Assembly: GCF_014252315.1 (NCBI RefSeq)
Contig: NZ_CP059216.1
Coordinates: forward strand, 478,038-510,037
Reading direction: 5' to 3'
DNA from: Candidatus Saccharimonadota bacterium
GTDB lineage: Bacteria; Bacteroidota; Bacteroidia; Flavobacteriales; Blattabacteriaceae
DNA: 32,000 nucleotides
Positions 18,733 through 27,268 of this stretch are shown here, one piece after another; positions within the stretch are counted from its first letter, which is position 1, and each line of letters starts with the position of its first letter. The notes beneath the pieces were generated by a model. It was not told the DNA's origin, made no database searches, and saw nothing but the letters and a program-made list of their open reading frames with translations. A program made the translations under genes and the position numbers.

Positions 18733-19935
18733 TTAAGATAATTTATATATATATTCTAATATATTTTTTTCTATAATAGAAAACTGTTTATTTCTTCTTT
18801 TCATTACAATTTTTGCAGTTTTACATACCTTTTCAAAAGGTATTTTTCTATTATTTTGTATTCCACCTAAAGAAAATGAAGGAATAAATCTAGGAGGAAA
18901 TCCATATCCAAAAATATTTGCTCCAACACCAACTACTGTTGATGTATTAAATTGAGTATTAATTGATGATTTAGAATGATCCCCCATTATCATTCCTAAA
19001 AATTGTATTTTAGTGGAAATAAATTTATTTTTACAATAATTCCATATTGTTACTTTGGAATAATCATTTCTTAAATTAGAAATATTTGTTCCAGAACCTA
19101 AATTACACCATTCACCTAAAACAGTATCTCCCATAAATCCTTCATGAGATTTATTAGAATATGAAAACAATATTGAATTTATAATCTCTCCACCAACTTT
19201 ACAAAACGAATTTATACTTGTTCCTCCATATATTTTTGATCCAATATTTAATACTGAATTATTTCCAATAAAAACTGGACCTCTTATAACTGTTCCTTCC
19301 ATTATATCAACTTTTTTTTTTATATATATTGGACCAAAATTGGCATTTAATACAACATTATTTGTTTTTAAATCTTCTTCTAAAAAAATATTATCTTTAT
19401 TTATAATTATATTTTTACCCAATAAAATATTAGATTTTTTTCCTTTTGTCAAAAAGGAAAAATCTTTTTTTAACAAAAAAATATTATATTTTATAATATC
19501 CCATAAATATTTTATTCTAATAATTTCTTTAATTAAATATACTTTTTTACAATTTTTTTTCAATTCATATAAAAAATTTTTATTATCATAATCTTTATAA
19601 GAAAAATATTCTTTTTTTATCGCAACAATTTCTTTTTTAAAAAAAATAATTTCATTATTATTCATACAATAAATTATGTTAAATATTTCTTTGTTTGGAA
19701 TAAATGATGAATTAATTAATAATACATTTTTGAATATTAAATTTTCTTTTTTTAATAAATATTTTTCTAAAAGAAAAGATTTAGTAAAAATATAATTAAT
19801 ATTTTTTTCAAAATAATTTTCCCATCGTTTTTTCAATGTAAATATTCCTGATCGTATTTCTGATATAGATCTAGTTAAAGTTAACGGTAATAAATTATTC
19901 CACACTATTATATCATCATATAATATTATGTTCAT
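18733..19935 (-). CDS. GlmU-family / putative sugar-nucleotidyltransferase-like protein with left-handed beta-helix repeats (substrate unknown)
   Basis: 400 aa. The N-terminus LLPLTLTRSISEIRSGIFTLKKRWE resembles the conserved Bacteroidota GlmU-family protein. The C-terminal half has hexapeptide-like repeats (IGSKIYGGTSINSFCKVGGEIINSIL, GEWCNLGSGTNISN). No functional assignment is possible from sequence alone. Confidence 0.55.
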   Translation of the reverse strand: MNIILYDDIIVWNNLLPLTLTRSISEIRSGIFTLKKRWENYFEKNINYIFTKSFLLEKYLLKKENLIFKNVLLINSSFIPNKEIFNIIYCMNNNEIIFFKKEIVAIKKEYFSYKDYDNKNFLYELKKNCKKVYLIKEIIRIKYLWDIIKYNIFLLKKDFSFLTKGKKSNILLGKNIIINKDNIFLEEDLKTNNVVLNANFGPIYIKKKVDIMEGTVIRGPVFIGNNSVLNIGSKIYGGTSINSFCKVGGEIINSILFSYSNKSHEGFMGDTVLGEWCNLGSGTNISNLRNDYSKVTIWNYCKNKFISTKIQFLGMIMGDHSKSSINTQFNTSTVVGVGANIFGYGFPPRFIPSFSLGGIQNNRKIPFEKVCKTAKIVMKRRNKQFSIIEKNILEYIYKLS

Positions 19936-19939
19936 AATT

Positions 19940-20200
19940 TTATTTTTTATTTTTATTGTATTTTTCGTATTTTCTTTTAAATTTTTCTGCAGGACCTGTT
20001 TTTCCTAAAAATCTTTTTTCTCCAGTAAAAAAAGGATGAGAATAACTAGATATTTCCATTTTATACAAAGGATAATTTATTTTTTCTATTTGAATAAATT
20101 CTTTTGTTTCTACAGTTGATCTACAAATAAAAGTTTTGTTATTATTAATATCTTTAAATACAACTAATCTATAATTATTTGGATGTATATTTTTTTTCAT
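19940..20200 (-). CDS. rpmE: 50S ribosomal protein L31, type B (non-zinc form)
   Basis: I place the start at the internal Met (MKKNIHPNNYRLVVFKD), which matches the conserved L31 N-terminus. The 16-codon upstream extension in the ORF track (to 20248) lies inside fabH. It has HPFFTG and lacks the CxxC pair. Confidence 0.85.
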   Translation of the reverse strand: MKKNIHPNNYRLVVFKDINNNKTFICRSTVETKEFIQIEKINYPLYKMEISSYSHPFFTGEKRFLGKTGPAEKFKRKYEKYNKNKK

Positions 20201-21305
20201 GATTTTTATATATAAAATTTTTTTTTGGAAAACGATATATAATTCCATTAATATTCATTCCGGCACCTAAAGCTGCCATTAATATATTATCTCCAGGATT
20301 AATTTTATGAGGCAACATTTTTTCACGTAATATTAAATCTAATAAAGTAGGAACAGTTGCTACGGAAGAATTTCCAAGTTTATGTATAGTCATTGGCATA
20401 ATTTTTTTAATATTATTATTTAATGAAATTTTATACAGATTAAACAATCTATTTATAATAGCATAATCCATTTTTGCATTAGCTTGATGTATAATAATCT
20501 TTTTTATATCTTTTATATGTAATTTTGATTCATCAATAATTGTTTTTAACATGTTAGGAACCATTTTTAATGCATATTCGTAAATTCTTCTTCCATTCAT
20601 TTTTATATTTACCAAAGATTTAGTATAATTAGAATTTAAAGATGGTCCATTTGATAAATAATATATTTCATCGTTATTACTACATTGACTATCATAATGA
20701 ATAATTCCGAATTTTTCTCTAAAATTTTCAATAGCTGATAAAACTACAGCTCCAGCTCCATCAGAAAATATCATAGAATTTCTATCATATGGGTCTATTA
20801 CATTAGAAAGTGTTTCAGATCCAATAATTAATATATTTTTAGCATTTTTAGAACGTAATAATTGATCTGCCAAAATCATTCCTTCAATCCATCCAGTACA
20901 ACCAAAAATCATGTCATATGGACGACATTTTTTATTTTTTATATTAAGTTTATTTTTTACTTTTGCAGATATAGAAGGAACAAAATCAGATTGAAAAGAA
21001 ATAGGATTAATATTACCATAATTATGAGCAGATATTATATAATCTATTTTTTCTTTATAAATTTTAGAATTTATTAATGCTTTTTTTGCAGCTATAGTAG
21101 CGATATCAGAATTCAAAATATTTTTTTCAACATATCTTCTTTCTTCTATATCTGTAATATCCTTAAATTTTTTTATAATTTTATCATTAGATTCATTAAT
21201 TTTTATTCCTTTTTTATTATAAAATTCGTAATCCAAAAAATATTCATTTTTTATAATTTTTTTTGGTATGTAATGTCCTGTTCCTGTGATGACTGATTGA
21301 ATCAT
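20175..21305 (-). CDS. fabH: 3-oxoacyl-ACP synthase III (FabH family)
   Basis: 376 aa with the catalytic triad contexts Cys in FGCTGWIEG, His in IIHQANAKM and Asn in LGNSSVATVP. A 17-aa tail past the usual FabH C-terminus overlaps the rpmE start. Confidence 0.88.
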   Translation of the reverse strand: MIQSVITGTGHYIPKKIIKNEYFLDYEFYNKKGIKINESNDKIIKKFKDITDIEERRYVEKNILNSDIATIAAKKALINSKIYKEKIDYIISAHNYGNINPISFQSDFVPSISAKVKNKLNIKNKKCRPYDMIFGCTGWIEGMILADQLLRSKNAKNILIIGSETLSNVIDPYDRNSMIFSDGAGAVVLSAIENFREKFGIIHYDSQCSNNDEIYYLSNGPSLNSNYTKSLVNIKMNGRRIYEYALKMVPNMLKTIIDESKLHIKDIKKIIIHQANAKMDYAIINRLFNLYKISLNNNIKKIMPMTIHKLGNSSVATVPTLLDLILREKMLPHKINPGDNILMAALGAGMNINGIIYRFPKKNFIYKNHEKKYTSK

Positions 21306-21471
21306 TTTAACGGAAAAATAACAAATTTTTTTATAATATAAAATTTATTAGAATAAATAATTTAACTATAAAAAAAATAATAAAAAAATTTTATAAATAA
21401 AGTAAAGTATATATACGAATTACGAATAATGTATAAAAAAAATTATATAAAAAAATATAAAAAATTTCAAA

Positions 21472-22182
21472 ATGAAACTAATAAATATGTTTAATGATAT
21501 ATCAAAAAATTATGATTTAATAAATAGTATTTTATCTCTTGGTATGGATTTTAATTGGAGAAAAAAATTAGTTGATTTATTAAAAAAAAAAATATTATCA
21601 CAAAACAATTATATAAATATATTAGATTTAGCTACTGGAACTGGAGAATTAGCTTTTTTATTATCAAAAAAATTTTATAGATCCAATATTATTGGATTAG
21701 ATCCTGCAAATAAAATGTTAAAAATAGCAAAAAAAAAATTATATAAAAAAAAAATAAAAAATATTTCCTTTATTAATGGAAATTCTTGTAATATACCATT
21801 TAATGATGAATATTTCGATATTATAACAATTTCATTTGGAATAAGAAATTTTCAACATATACATGTTTCTATGAAAGAAATATATAGAGTATTGAACCCA
21901 TATGGCTTATTAGCTATATTGGAATTTTCTATTCCATCAAATATATTTATAAAAAAAATTTATTATTATTATAATAAAATTATTGTAAATACAATAGGAA
22001 AATTATTATCCAATAATAATTATGCATATAAATATTTATGTAAATCAATAAATTCTTTTTACTATTATGGTAATAAAATGAAAAAACTTTTGATGTACCA
22101 TAATTTTAATGAAATATCAATAAAAAAATTACTATTTGAAATAGTATCAATATACATTTCAAATAAAAAATGTATTTATTAA
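21472..22182 (+). CDS. ubiE: Demethylmenaquinone / ubiquinone-type C-methyltransferase
   Basis: 236 aa with MFNDISKNYDLINSILSLGMDFNWRK (UbiE/MenG N-terminal signature), SAM motif I ILDLATGTGELA, and ITISFGIRNF. Confidence 0.85.
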   Translation: MKLINMFNDISKNYDLINSILSLGMDFNWRKKLVDLLKKKILSQNNYINILDLATGTGELAFLLSKKFYRSNIIGLDPANKMLKIAKKKLYKKKIKNISFINGNSCNIPFNDEYFDIITISFGIRNFQHIHVSMKEIYRVLNPYGLLAILEFSIPSNIFIKKIYYYYNKIIVNTIGKLLSNNNYAYKYLCKSINSFYYYGNKMKKLLMYHNFNEISIKKLLFEIVSIYISNKKCIY

Positions 22183-22206
22183 ATTTTATTATTATTAAAA
22201 TTATAT

Positions 22207-23718
22207 ATGATAATAAATTATTTATCTGAATATATAACACATTATTTTCTAAAAAAAAGAATTAATGATATAGAATTATTTATGCGATATCCAATAGAAA
22301 CACAAAATAAACTATTGACAAAATTAATCGTATATGCTAAAAATACTGAATTTGGAAACAAATATAAATTTCATGAAATAAAAAAATATAAACAATTTTT
22401 TGAAAGAATTCCAATATGTAAATATTCTGATTTAAAAATTACAATTGATAGAATTAGAAAAGGAGAAAAAAATATATTATGGCCAGGAAAAATAAAATGG
22501 TTTGCAAAATCATCAGGAACAACTGCTTCAAGAAGTAAATATATACCTGTATCTACTGATTCTATGAAATATGGACATTACAAAGCTGGAAAAGATATGT
22601 TATCTATTTATATTCATAATCATTCTAAAACTAAAATTTTTTTTGGAAAAGCAGTAAGATTAGGTGGTAGTTATACTATAAATAAATTTTATAATACTTT
22701 TCATGGAGATTTATCATCTATTTTAATTAAAAATTTACCTTTTTGGGCTGAAAATATTTGTATTCCTAGAAAAAATATTGCATTAATGAGTGAATGGGAA
22801 AATAAATTAAACAATCTTATAATAGAAACATGGAATAAAGATGTTCGTATTTTATTAGGAGTTTGTTCCTGGATGCTTATTTTTCTTGAAAAATTATTAA
22901 AAAAATTTAATAAACATAATATTCATGAAATATGGCCAAATATTGAGGTAATATTTCATGGAGGAATGAATTTAAATCCTTATATTATTCAATATAAAAA
23001 AATATTTCCTAATTCTATTAATTATTATAATGTTTACAGTGCATCAGAAGGATTTTTTGCTGTACAAGATCAAAGTAATAATGAAAATCTTTTATTATTA
23101 TTAAATCATGGAATTTTTTATGAATTTATTCCTATAGAAGAAATTCATAATGATAATCCTAAAATTGTTCCAATAGAAAATGTAGAATTAAATAAAAACT
23201 ATGCTATGGTTATTTCTACAAATTCTGGATTATGGAGATATCTTACTGGAGACACAATAAAATTTACTTCTATATTACCATATAGAATTGTAATTACTGG
23301 AAGAACTTGTCATTATATAAATGCTTTTGGAGAAGAATTAATTGTAGAAAATTCTGATAAAGCATTGACTAATACTTGTGTTAAAACAAATTCAATAATT
23401 CATGAATATACAGCAGGCCCTATTTATATGAAAGGAGAAAAATCTGGATCACATGAATGGATAATAGAATTTAAAAAATGTCCAGATAATATTATAAATT
23501 TTAGAAATATTTTAGATGAAGAATTAAAAAAATTAAATTCTGATTATGAAATAAAAAGATATAAAAACTTAATTTTAAATCCACCTGTTATTCATGTTGC
23601 TAGAAAAGGATTATTTTATGATTGGTTGAAAAAATATAATAAGTTAGGAGGACAAAACAAAATACCTCGTTTATCTAATGATAGGAAATATATTGATTCT
23701 ATACTTAGAATAGATTAA
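22207..23718 (+). CDS. GH3-family (auxin-responsive-promoter-type) acyl-adenylate-forming enzyme homologue, function unknown in bacteria
   Basis: 503 aa with GH3/ANL-like motifs: AKSSGTTASRSKYIPV, YNVYSASEGFFAVQ, GLWRYLTGDTIKF and the C-terminal GGQNKIPRL. Confidence 0.8.
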   Translation: MIINYLSEYITHYFLKKRINDIELFMRYPIETQNKLLTKLIVYAKNTEFGNKYKFHEIKKYKQFFERIPICKYSDLKITIDRIRKGEKNILWPGKIKWFAKSSGTTASRSKYIPVSTDSMKYGHYKAGKDMLSIYIHNHSKTKIFFGKAVRLGGSYTINKFYNTFHGDLSSILIKNLPFWAENICIPRKNIALMSEWENKLNNLIIETWNKDVRILLGVCSWMLIFLEKLLKKFNKHNIHEIWPNIEVIFHGGMNLNPYIIQYKKIFPNSINYYNVYSASEGFFAVQDQSNNENLLLLLNHGIFYEFIPIEEIHNDNPKIVPIENVELNKNYAMVISTNSGLWRYLTGDTIKFTSILPYRIVITGRTCHYINAFGEELIVENSDKALTNTCVKTNSIIHEYTAGPIYMKGEKSGSHEWIIEFKKCPDNIINFRNILDEELKKLNSDYEIKRYKNLILNPPVIHVARKGLFYDWLKKYNKLGGQNKIPRLSNDRKYIDSILRID

Positions 23719-23799
23719 ATATAAATAAATAGATTATAATAGATAAATATATTTAATTTTATTTAATAAAATATAGAATATTAATTGATAATTATATTT

Positions 23800-24063
23800 A
23801 TGACAAAAAATAAAAAAAAAGAAATATTTAAAAATTATGGAAAATCTGTTTTAGATACAGGATCTTCAAAAGTTCAAATAGCATTATTTACTTATAGGAT
23901 AAATCATTTGAATAATCATTTAGAAAAAAATAAAAAAGATTTCAATACAGAAAGAGCTTTAATTAAATTAGTTGGTAAAAGAAAAAAATTGTTAAAGTAT
24001 ATTGAAAAAAATGATTTAAAAAGTTACAAAGATATTATAAAACATTTGGGATTAAGGAAATAA
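23800..24063 (+). CDS. rpsO: 30S ribosomal protein S15
   Basis: I place the start at ATG 23800 (MTKNKKKEIFKNYGK...) rather than the TTG at 23785 used by the track. It has HLNNHLEKNKKDFNTERALIKLVGKRKKLLKY and the canonical rpsO-pnp pairing. Confidence 0.9.
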   Translation: MTKNKKKEIFKNYGKSVLDTGSSKVQIALFTYRINHLNNHLEKNKKDFNTERALIKLVGKRKKLLKYIEKNDLKSYKDIIKHLGLRK

Positions 24064-24109
24064 ATTTTTCATTTAATATTTTTTCCTAAATAAAGAATAA
24101 GAAATATGT

Positions 24110-26278
24110 ATGTCAAATATTATAAAAGAAACTATCTTATTAAAAGATGGTAGAAAAATAAGCATAGAAACTGGATTTTTAGCAAAACAAGCCGATGGAT
24201 CAGCTATAGTTAGAATAAATGATACAATGTTATTAGCAACTGTAGTCATATCTAACAATATAAAAAACGAATCAAATTTTTTTCCTTTAACTGTTGATTA
24301 TAGAGAAAAGTATTATGCAGGGGGAAAAATACCTGGAGGATTCATAAAAAGAGAAGGTAGACCTTCTAATGAAGAAATCTTAACAATGAGATTAGTTGAT
24401 AGAGGTTTAAGGCCAATGTTTCCACAACAAAATATTTTTGATAAATCAATACAAGTTATGATTTCGTTATTATCGTATGATAATACAGTATTACCAGATG
24501 GACTAGCAGGATTAGCTGCATCAACTGCTATTTCTTTATCAGGGATCCCTTTTAATGGCCCTATATCCGAAGTACGTATTATACGATCAAAAAAAAATTT
24601 TTTAATTAATCCAAGTTTGAATCAATTAAAAGATGCAGATATTGATTTAGTTGTTGGAGCTTCTACTGATTCTATAATTATGATTGAAGGAGAAATGAAA
24701 GAAATAAAAGAAAAAGAATTTTTAGAAATAATAATAGAAGCTCATAATGCTATAAAATTACAAATTGAAGCTCAAAAAAAATTAGTTAGTAAATCAAAAA
24801 TTACAAAAAAAACATGTTTATTTTCTAAATATAAATCATTATCATATTCAATAAAAATAGAAAAAGAAATTAAAATTTTAGAAAAAAAAGCAAACGAATT
24901 TTTTCCTAAAAAAATGAAAAAAATATATTCTAACTTTTTGGATAAAAAAAATAGATATATTCAAGAAAATATATTAATAAATCGTTTTAAAGAATTTTTT
25001 TTTACAAAAAAAGAATTAGAAGAAAAAGATTTTTTAATAAATCATGTTTATGAAAAAATTAAGAAAAAAATAATAAGAAATTTACTTACAAAAAAAGGAA
25101 TCAGACTAGATGGACGAAATAATGTCCAAATACGTTCAATATCTAGTTATGTTGATTATTTACCTGGTGTTCACGGATCTGCTATATTTTCAAGAGGAGA
25201 AACTCAATCTTTAACAACAGTAACATTAGGATCATCATTAGATGCAAATAGAATAGACAATGTTGTTATGGAAAACAATGAAAAATTTTATTTACATTAT
25301 AATTTTCCTCCATTTTCTACAGGAGAAATACGTCAAATTAGAGGAGTTACTAGACGTGAAATAGGTCATGGAAATTTAGCTCAACGTGCATTAAAAAATG
25401 TAATACCTAATAATCCATATACAATTCGTGTTGTATCAGATATACTAGAATCTAATGGATCATCTTCTATGGCAACAGTATGTGCCGCTAGTTTAGCATT
25501 AATGGATGCAGGAATACCTATAGAAAATCCTGTTTCAGGTATATCAATGGGACTAGTTATGGATAATAACAAAAAAGTTATTATATCTGATATTTTGGGA
25601 GAAGAAGATCATTTTGGAGATTTAGATTTTAAAATAACAGGAACTAAATATGGAATTACTGCATGTCAAATGGATGTTAAAAATATAAATGGATTAACAT
25701 ATGATATATTAAATAAAATATTAATTCAAGCTTTAGATGGACTTATTTTTATATTAGAAAAAATGAAAAATACTATTCCTGAATATAGAAAAAAAATGAA
25801 ACCAAATACTCCAAAAATATATACTTTTAATATACCTAAAGAATTTATAGGATCAGTTATAGGTACAGGTGGAAAAATAATTCAAGATATACAATATTGT
25901 ACTAATACAAACATTGTAATAGAAGAAAAAGGAAATTATGGATACATAGAAATTATAGGAAAAGATTTTAATAAAATAGAAAAAGCTATTAACAGAATAA
26001 AAGAAATTACATTTATTCCTGAAATAGGAAAAATTTATAAAGCAAAAGTTAAATCTATAAGAAATTTTGGTGCATTTGTAGAAATTTCTAAAGGAGTAGA
26101 AGGGTTATTGCATATATCAGAAATAGGATGGAAAAGATTAAATAATATAGAAGATGAAATTAATATAGGAGACATTATTGATGTAAAAATAATAGATATA
26201 GATGAAAAAAATAAAAAAATGAAATTATCTAGAAAAATACTTCTTCCTCGTCCAAAAAAAAATGAATTTAATACTTAA
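24110..26278 (+). CDS. pnp: Polyribonucleotide nucleotidyltransferase (PNPase)
   Basis: 722 aa with two RNase PH domains (FFPLTVDYREKYYAGGKIPGGFIKREGRP and FPPFSTGE...REIGHGNLAQRAL). These are followed by a KH domain (GSVIGTGGKII) and an S1 domain (GAFVEISKGVEGLLHISE). Confidence 0.96.
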   Translation: MSNIIKETILLKDGRKISIETGFLAKQADGSAIVRINDTMLLATVVISNNIKNESNFFPLTVDYREKYYAGGKIPGGFIKREGRPSNEEILTMRLVDRGLRPMFPQQNIFDKSIQVMISLLSYDNTVLPDGLAGLAASTAISLSGIPFNGPISEVRIIRSKKNFLINPSLNQLKDADIDLVVGASTDSIIMIEGEMKEIKEKEFLEIIIEAHNAIKLQIEAQKKLVSKSKITKKTCLFSKYKSLSYSIKIEKEIKILEKKANEFFPKKMKKIYSNFLDKKNRYIQENILINRFKEFFFTKKELEEKDFLINHVYEKIKKKIIRNLLTKKGIRLDGRNNVQIRSISSYVDYLPGVHGSAIFSRGETQSLTTVTLGSSLDANRIDNVVMENNEKFYLHYNFPPFSTGEIRQIRGVTRREIGHGNLAQRALKNVIPNNPYTIRVVSDILESNGSSSMATVCAASLALMDAGIPIENPVSGISMGLVMDNNKKVIISDILGEEDHFGDLDFKITGTKYGITACQMDVKNINGLTYDILNKILIQALDGLIFILEKMKNTIPEYRKKMKPNTPKIYTFNIPKEFIGSVIGTGGKIIQDIQYCTNTNIVIEEKGNYGYIEIIGKDFNKIEKAINRIKEITFIPEIGKIYKAKVKSIRNFGAFVEISKGVEGLLHISEIGWKRLNNIEDEINIGDIIDVKIIDIDEKNKKMKLSRKILLPRPKKNEFNT

Positions 26279-26295
26279 TTAAAGTAAATAATAAT

Positions 26296-27159
26296 ATGAG
26301 ACAACTTAAAATAACTAAACAAGTAACAAATAGAGAATCTGAATCATTAGATAAATATCTTCATGAAATAGGAAAAATTCCGTTATTAACTCCAGAAGAA
26401 GAGGTAGAATATGCTAGAAAAGCCAGAAAAGGAGATGTTTCATCAATAAATAAATTGGTTAATGCAAATTTAAGATTTGTTGTATCAGTTGCTAAACAAT
26501 ATCAAAATCAAGGGCTAAGTTTATGTGATTTAATTAATGAAGGGAACCTAGGTCTTATAAAAGGAATATTACGTTTTGATGAAACAAGAGGATTTAAATG
26601 TATATCATATGTTGTCTGGTGGATAAGACAAGCTATATTACAAGCAATAGCAGAACAATCACGTTCTATTCGTCAACCAACCAATAAACTTGCATTACTA
26701 AACAAAATATTAAAAACATTGTCTCAGTTAGAACAAGAATTACAAAGAACTCCATCCATAAGAGAAATAGCTGATTATTTAAATATGAGTGAAAAAGATG
26801 TAGAAGATTCTATTAAAAATTCAGGAAGACATATATCAATGGATGCTCCATTAGTAGAAGGAGAAGATTCTAATTTATATGATTTAGTAAGATCAGACGA
26901 ATCCCCTCGTCCAGATGAAGATTTAGAAAAAGAATCCTTAAGAAAGGATATAAAAAGAATTTTAGAAACTTTGAGTGAAAGAGAACGTCGTGTAATTATT
27001 TTACATTTCGGATTAAATGGATCTCCACCTATGACATTAGAAGAAGTTGGACAATTTTGTGATCTAACAAGAGAACGTGTTAGACAAATAGAAAGTATTG
27101 CTTTAAAAAGATTAAAACATTCTTCTAGAAGCAAAATATTAAAACCGTATTTGGGATAA
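26296..27159 (+). CDS. rpoD: Primary RNA polymerase sigma factor, short Bacteroidota sigma-A type
   Basis: 287 aa lacking region 1.1. Region 2 is ANLRFVVSVAKQYQNQGLSLCDLINEGNLGLIKGILRFD and ISYVVWWIRQAI. Region 4 is TLEEVGQFCDLTRERVRQIESIALKRL. Confidence 0.95.
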   Translation: MRQLKITKQVTNRESESLDKYLHEIGKIPLLTPEEEVEYARKARKGDVSSINKLVNANLRFVVSVAKQYQNQGLSLCDLINEGNLGLIKGILRFDETRGFKCISYVVWWIRQAILQAIAEQSRSIRQPTNKLALLNKILKTLSQLEQELQRTPSIREIADYLNMSEKDVEDSIKNSGRHISMDAPLVEGEDSNLYDLVRSDESPRPDEDLEKESLRKDIKRILETLSERERRVIILHFGLNGSPPMTLEEVGQFCDLTRERVRQIESIALKRLKHSSRSKILKPYLG

Positions 27160-27166
27160 AAAAAAA

Positions 27167-27240
27167 GACCTCGAAGGGATTCGAACCCATAACCTTCTGA
27201 TCCGTAATCAGATGCTCTTTCCATTTAAGCTACGAGGCCT
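27167..27240 (-). tRNA. tRNA-Arg (anticodon ACG), 74 nt including discriminator, no encoded CCA
   Basis: The minus-strand sequence is GGCCTCGTAGCTTAAATGGAAAGAGCATCTGATTACGGATCAGAAGGTTATGGGTTCGAATCCCTTCGAGGTCT. It folds by hand into a cloverleaf with a 7-bp acceptor stem (one G-U), D stem GCUU/GAGC and anticodon stem UCUGA/UCAGA. The anticodon loop is UUACGGA and the T arm is AUGGG-UUCGAAU-CCCUU. Confidence 0.88.
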
Positions 27241-27268
27241 AAAAAATAATATTGCAAATATATAAAAA

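Noticed and set aside
19940-20248. Longer N-termini in the ORF track for rpmE (to 20248), rpsO (TTG 23785) and tpiA (to 28090)
   Set aside because: Internal Met codons reproduce the conserved family N-termini (MKKNIHP..., MTKNKKKEIF..., MMKKKIIVANWKMN). They also remove overlaps with upstream genes, so I used the shorter coordinates.
21306-21471. The largest spacer (166 bp, fabH/ubiE divergent) as a possible gene relic, small RNA or repeat (contains ACGAATTACGAATA)
   Set aside because: There is no open frame, no G/C-supported secondary structure, and the direct repeat is only 7 nt. It is most simply a divergent promoter region.
24055-24087. Inverted repeat AGGAAA...TTTCCT in the rpsO-pnp spacer as a terminator or an RNase III autoregulatory hairpin for pnp
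   Set aside because: It has only a 6-bp stem with a 21-nt loop and no flanking U-tract logic. That is thermodynamically marginal and easily arises by chance in AT-rich sequence.
26296-27159. Visibly higher G+C in rpoD (and in gdhA 8849-10279 and pyrH) as a possible horizontally acquired island
   Set aside because: These are the most conserved proteins in the window. Elevated G+C is what strong purifying selection on amino-acid sequence produces against an AT mutational bias. Flanking synteny is normal, and there are no integrase, repeat or tRNA-boundary signs of insertion.
26775-27224. 149-aa ORF on the minus strand spanning the rpoD 3' end and the tRNA
   Set aside because: It is antisense to the strongly supported rpoD CDS and runs through the tRNA-Arg gene. 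It stays open only because this conserved stretch is less AT-rich, so stops are rarer. It has no recognisable motifs.
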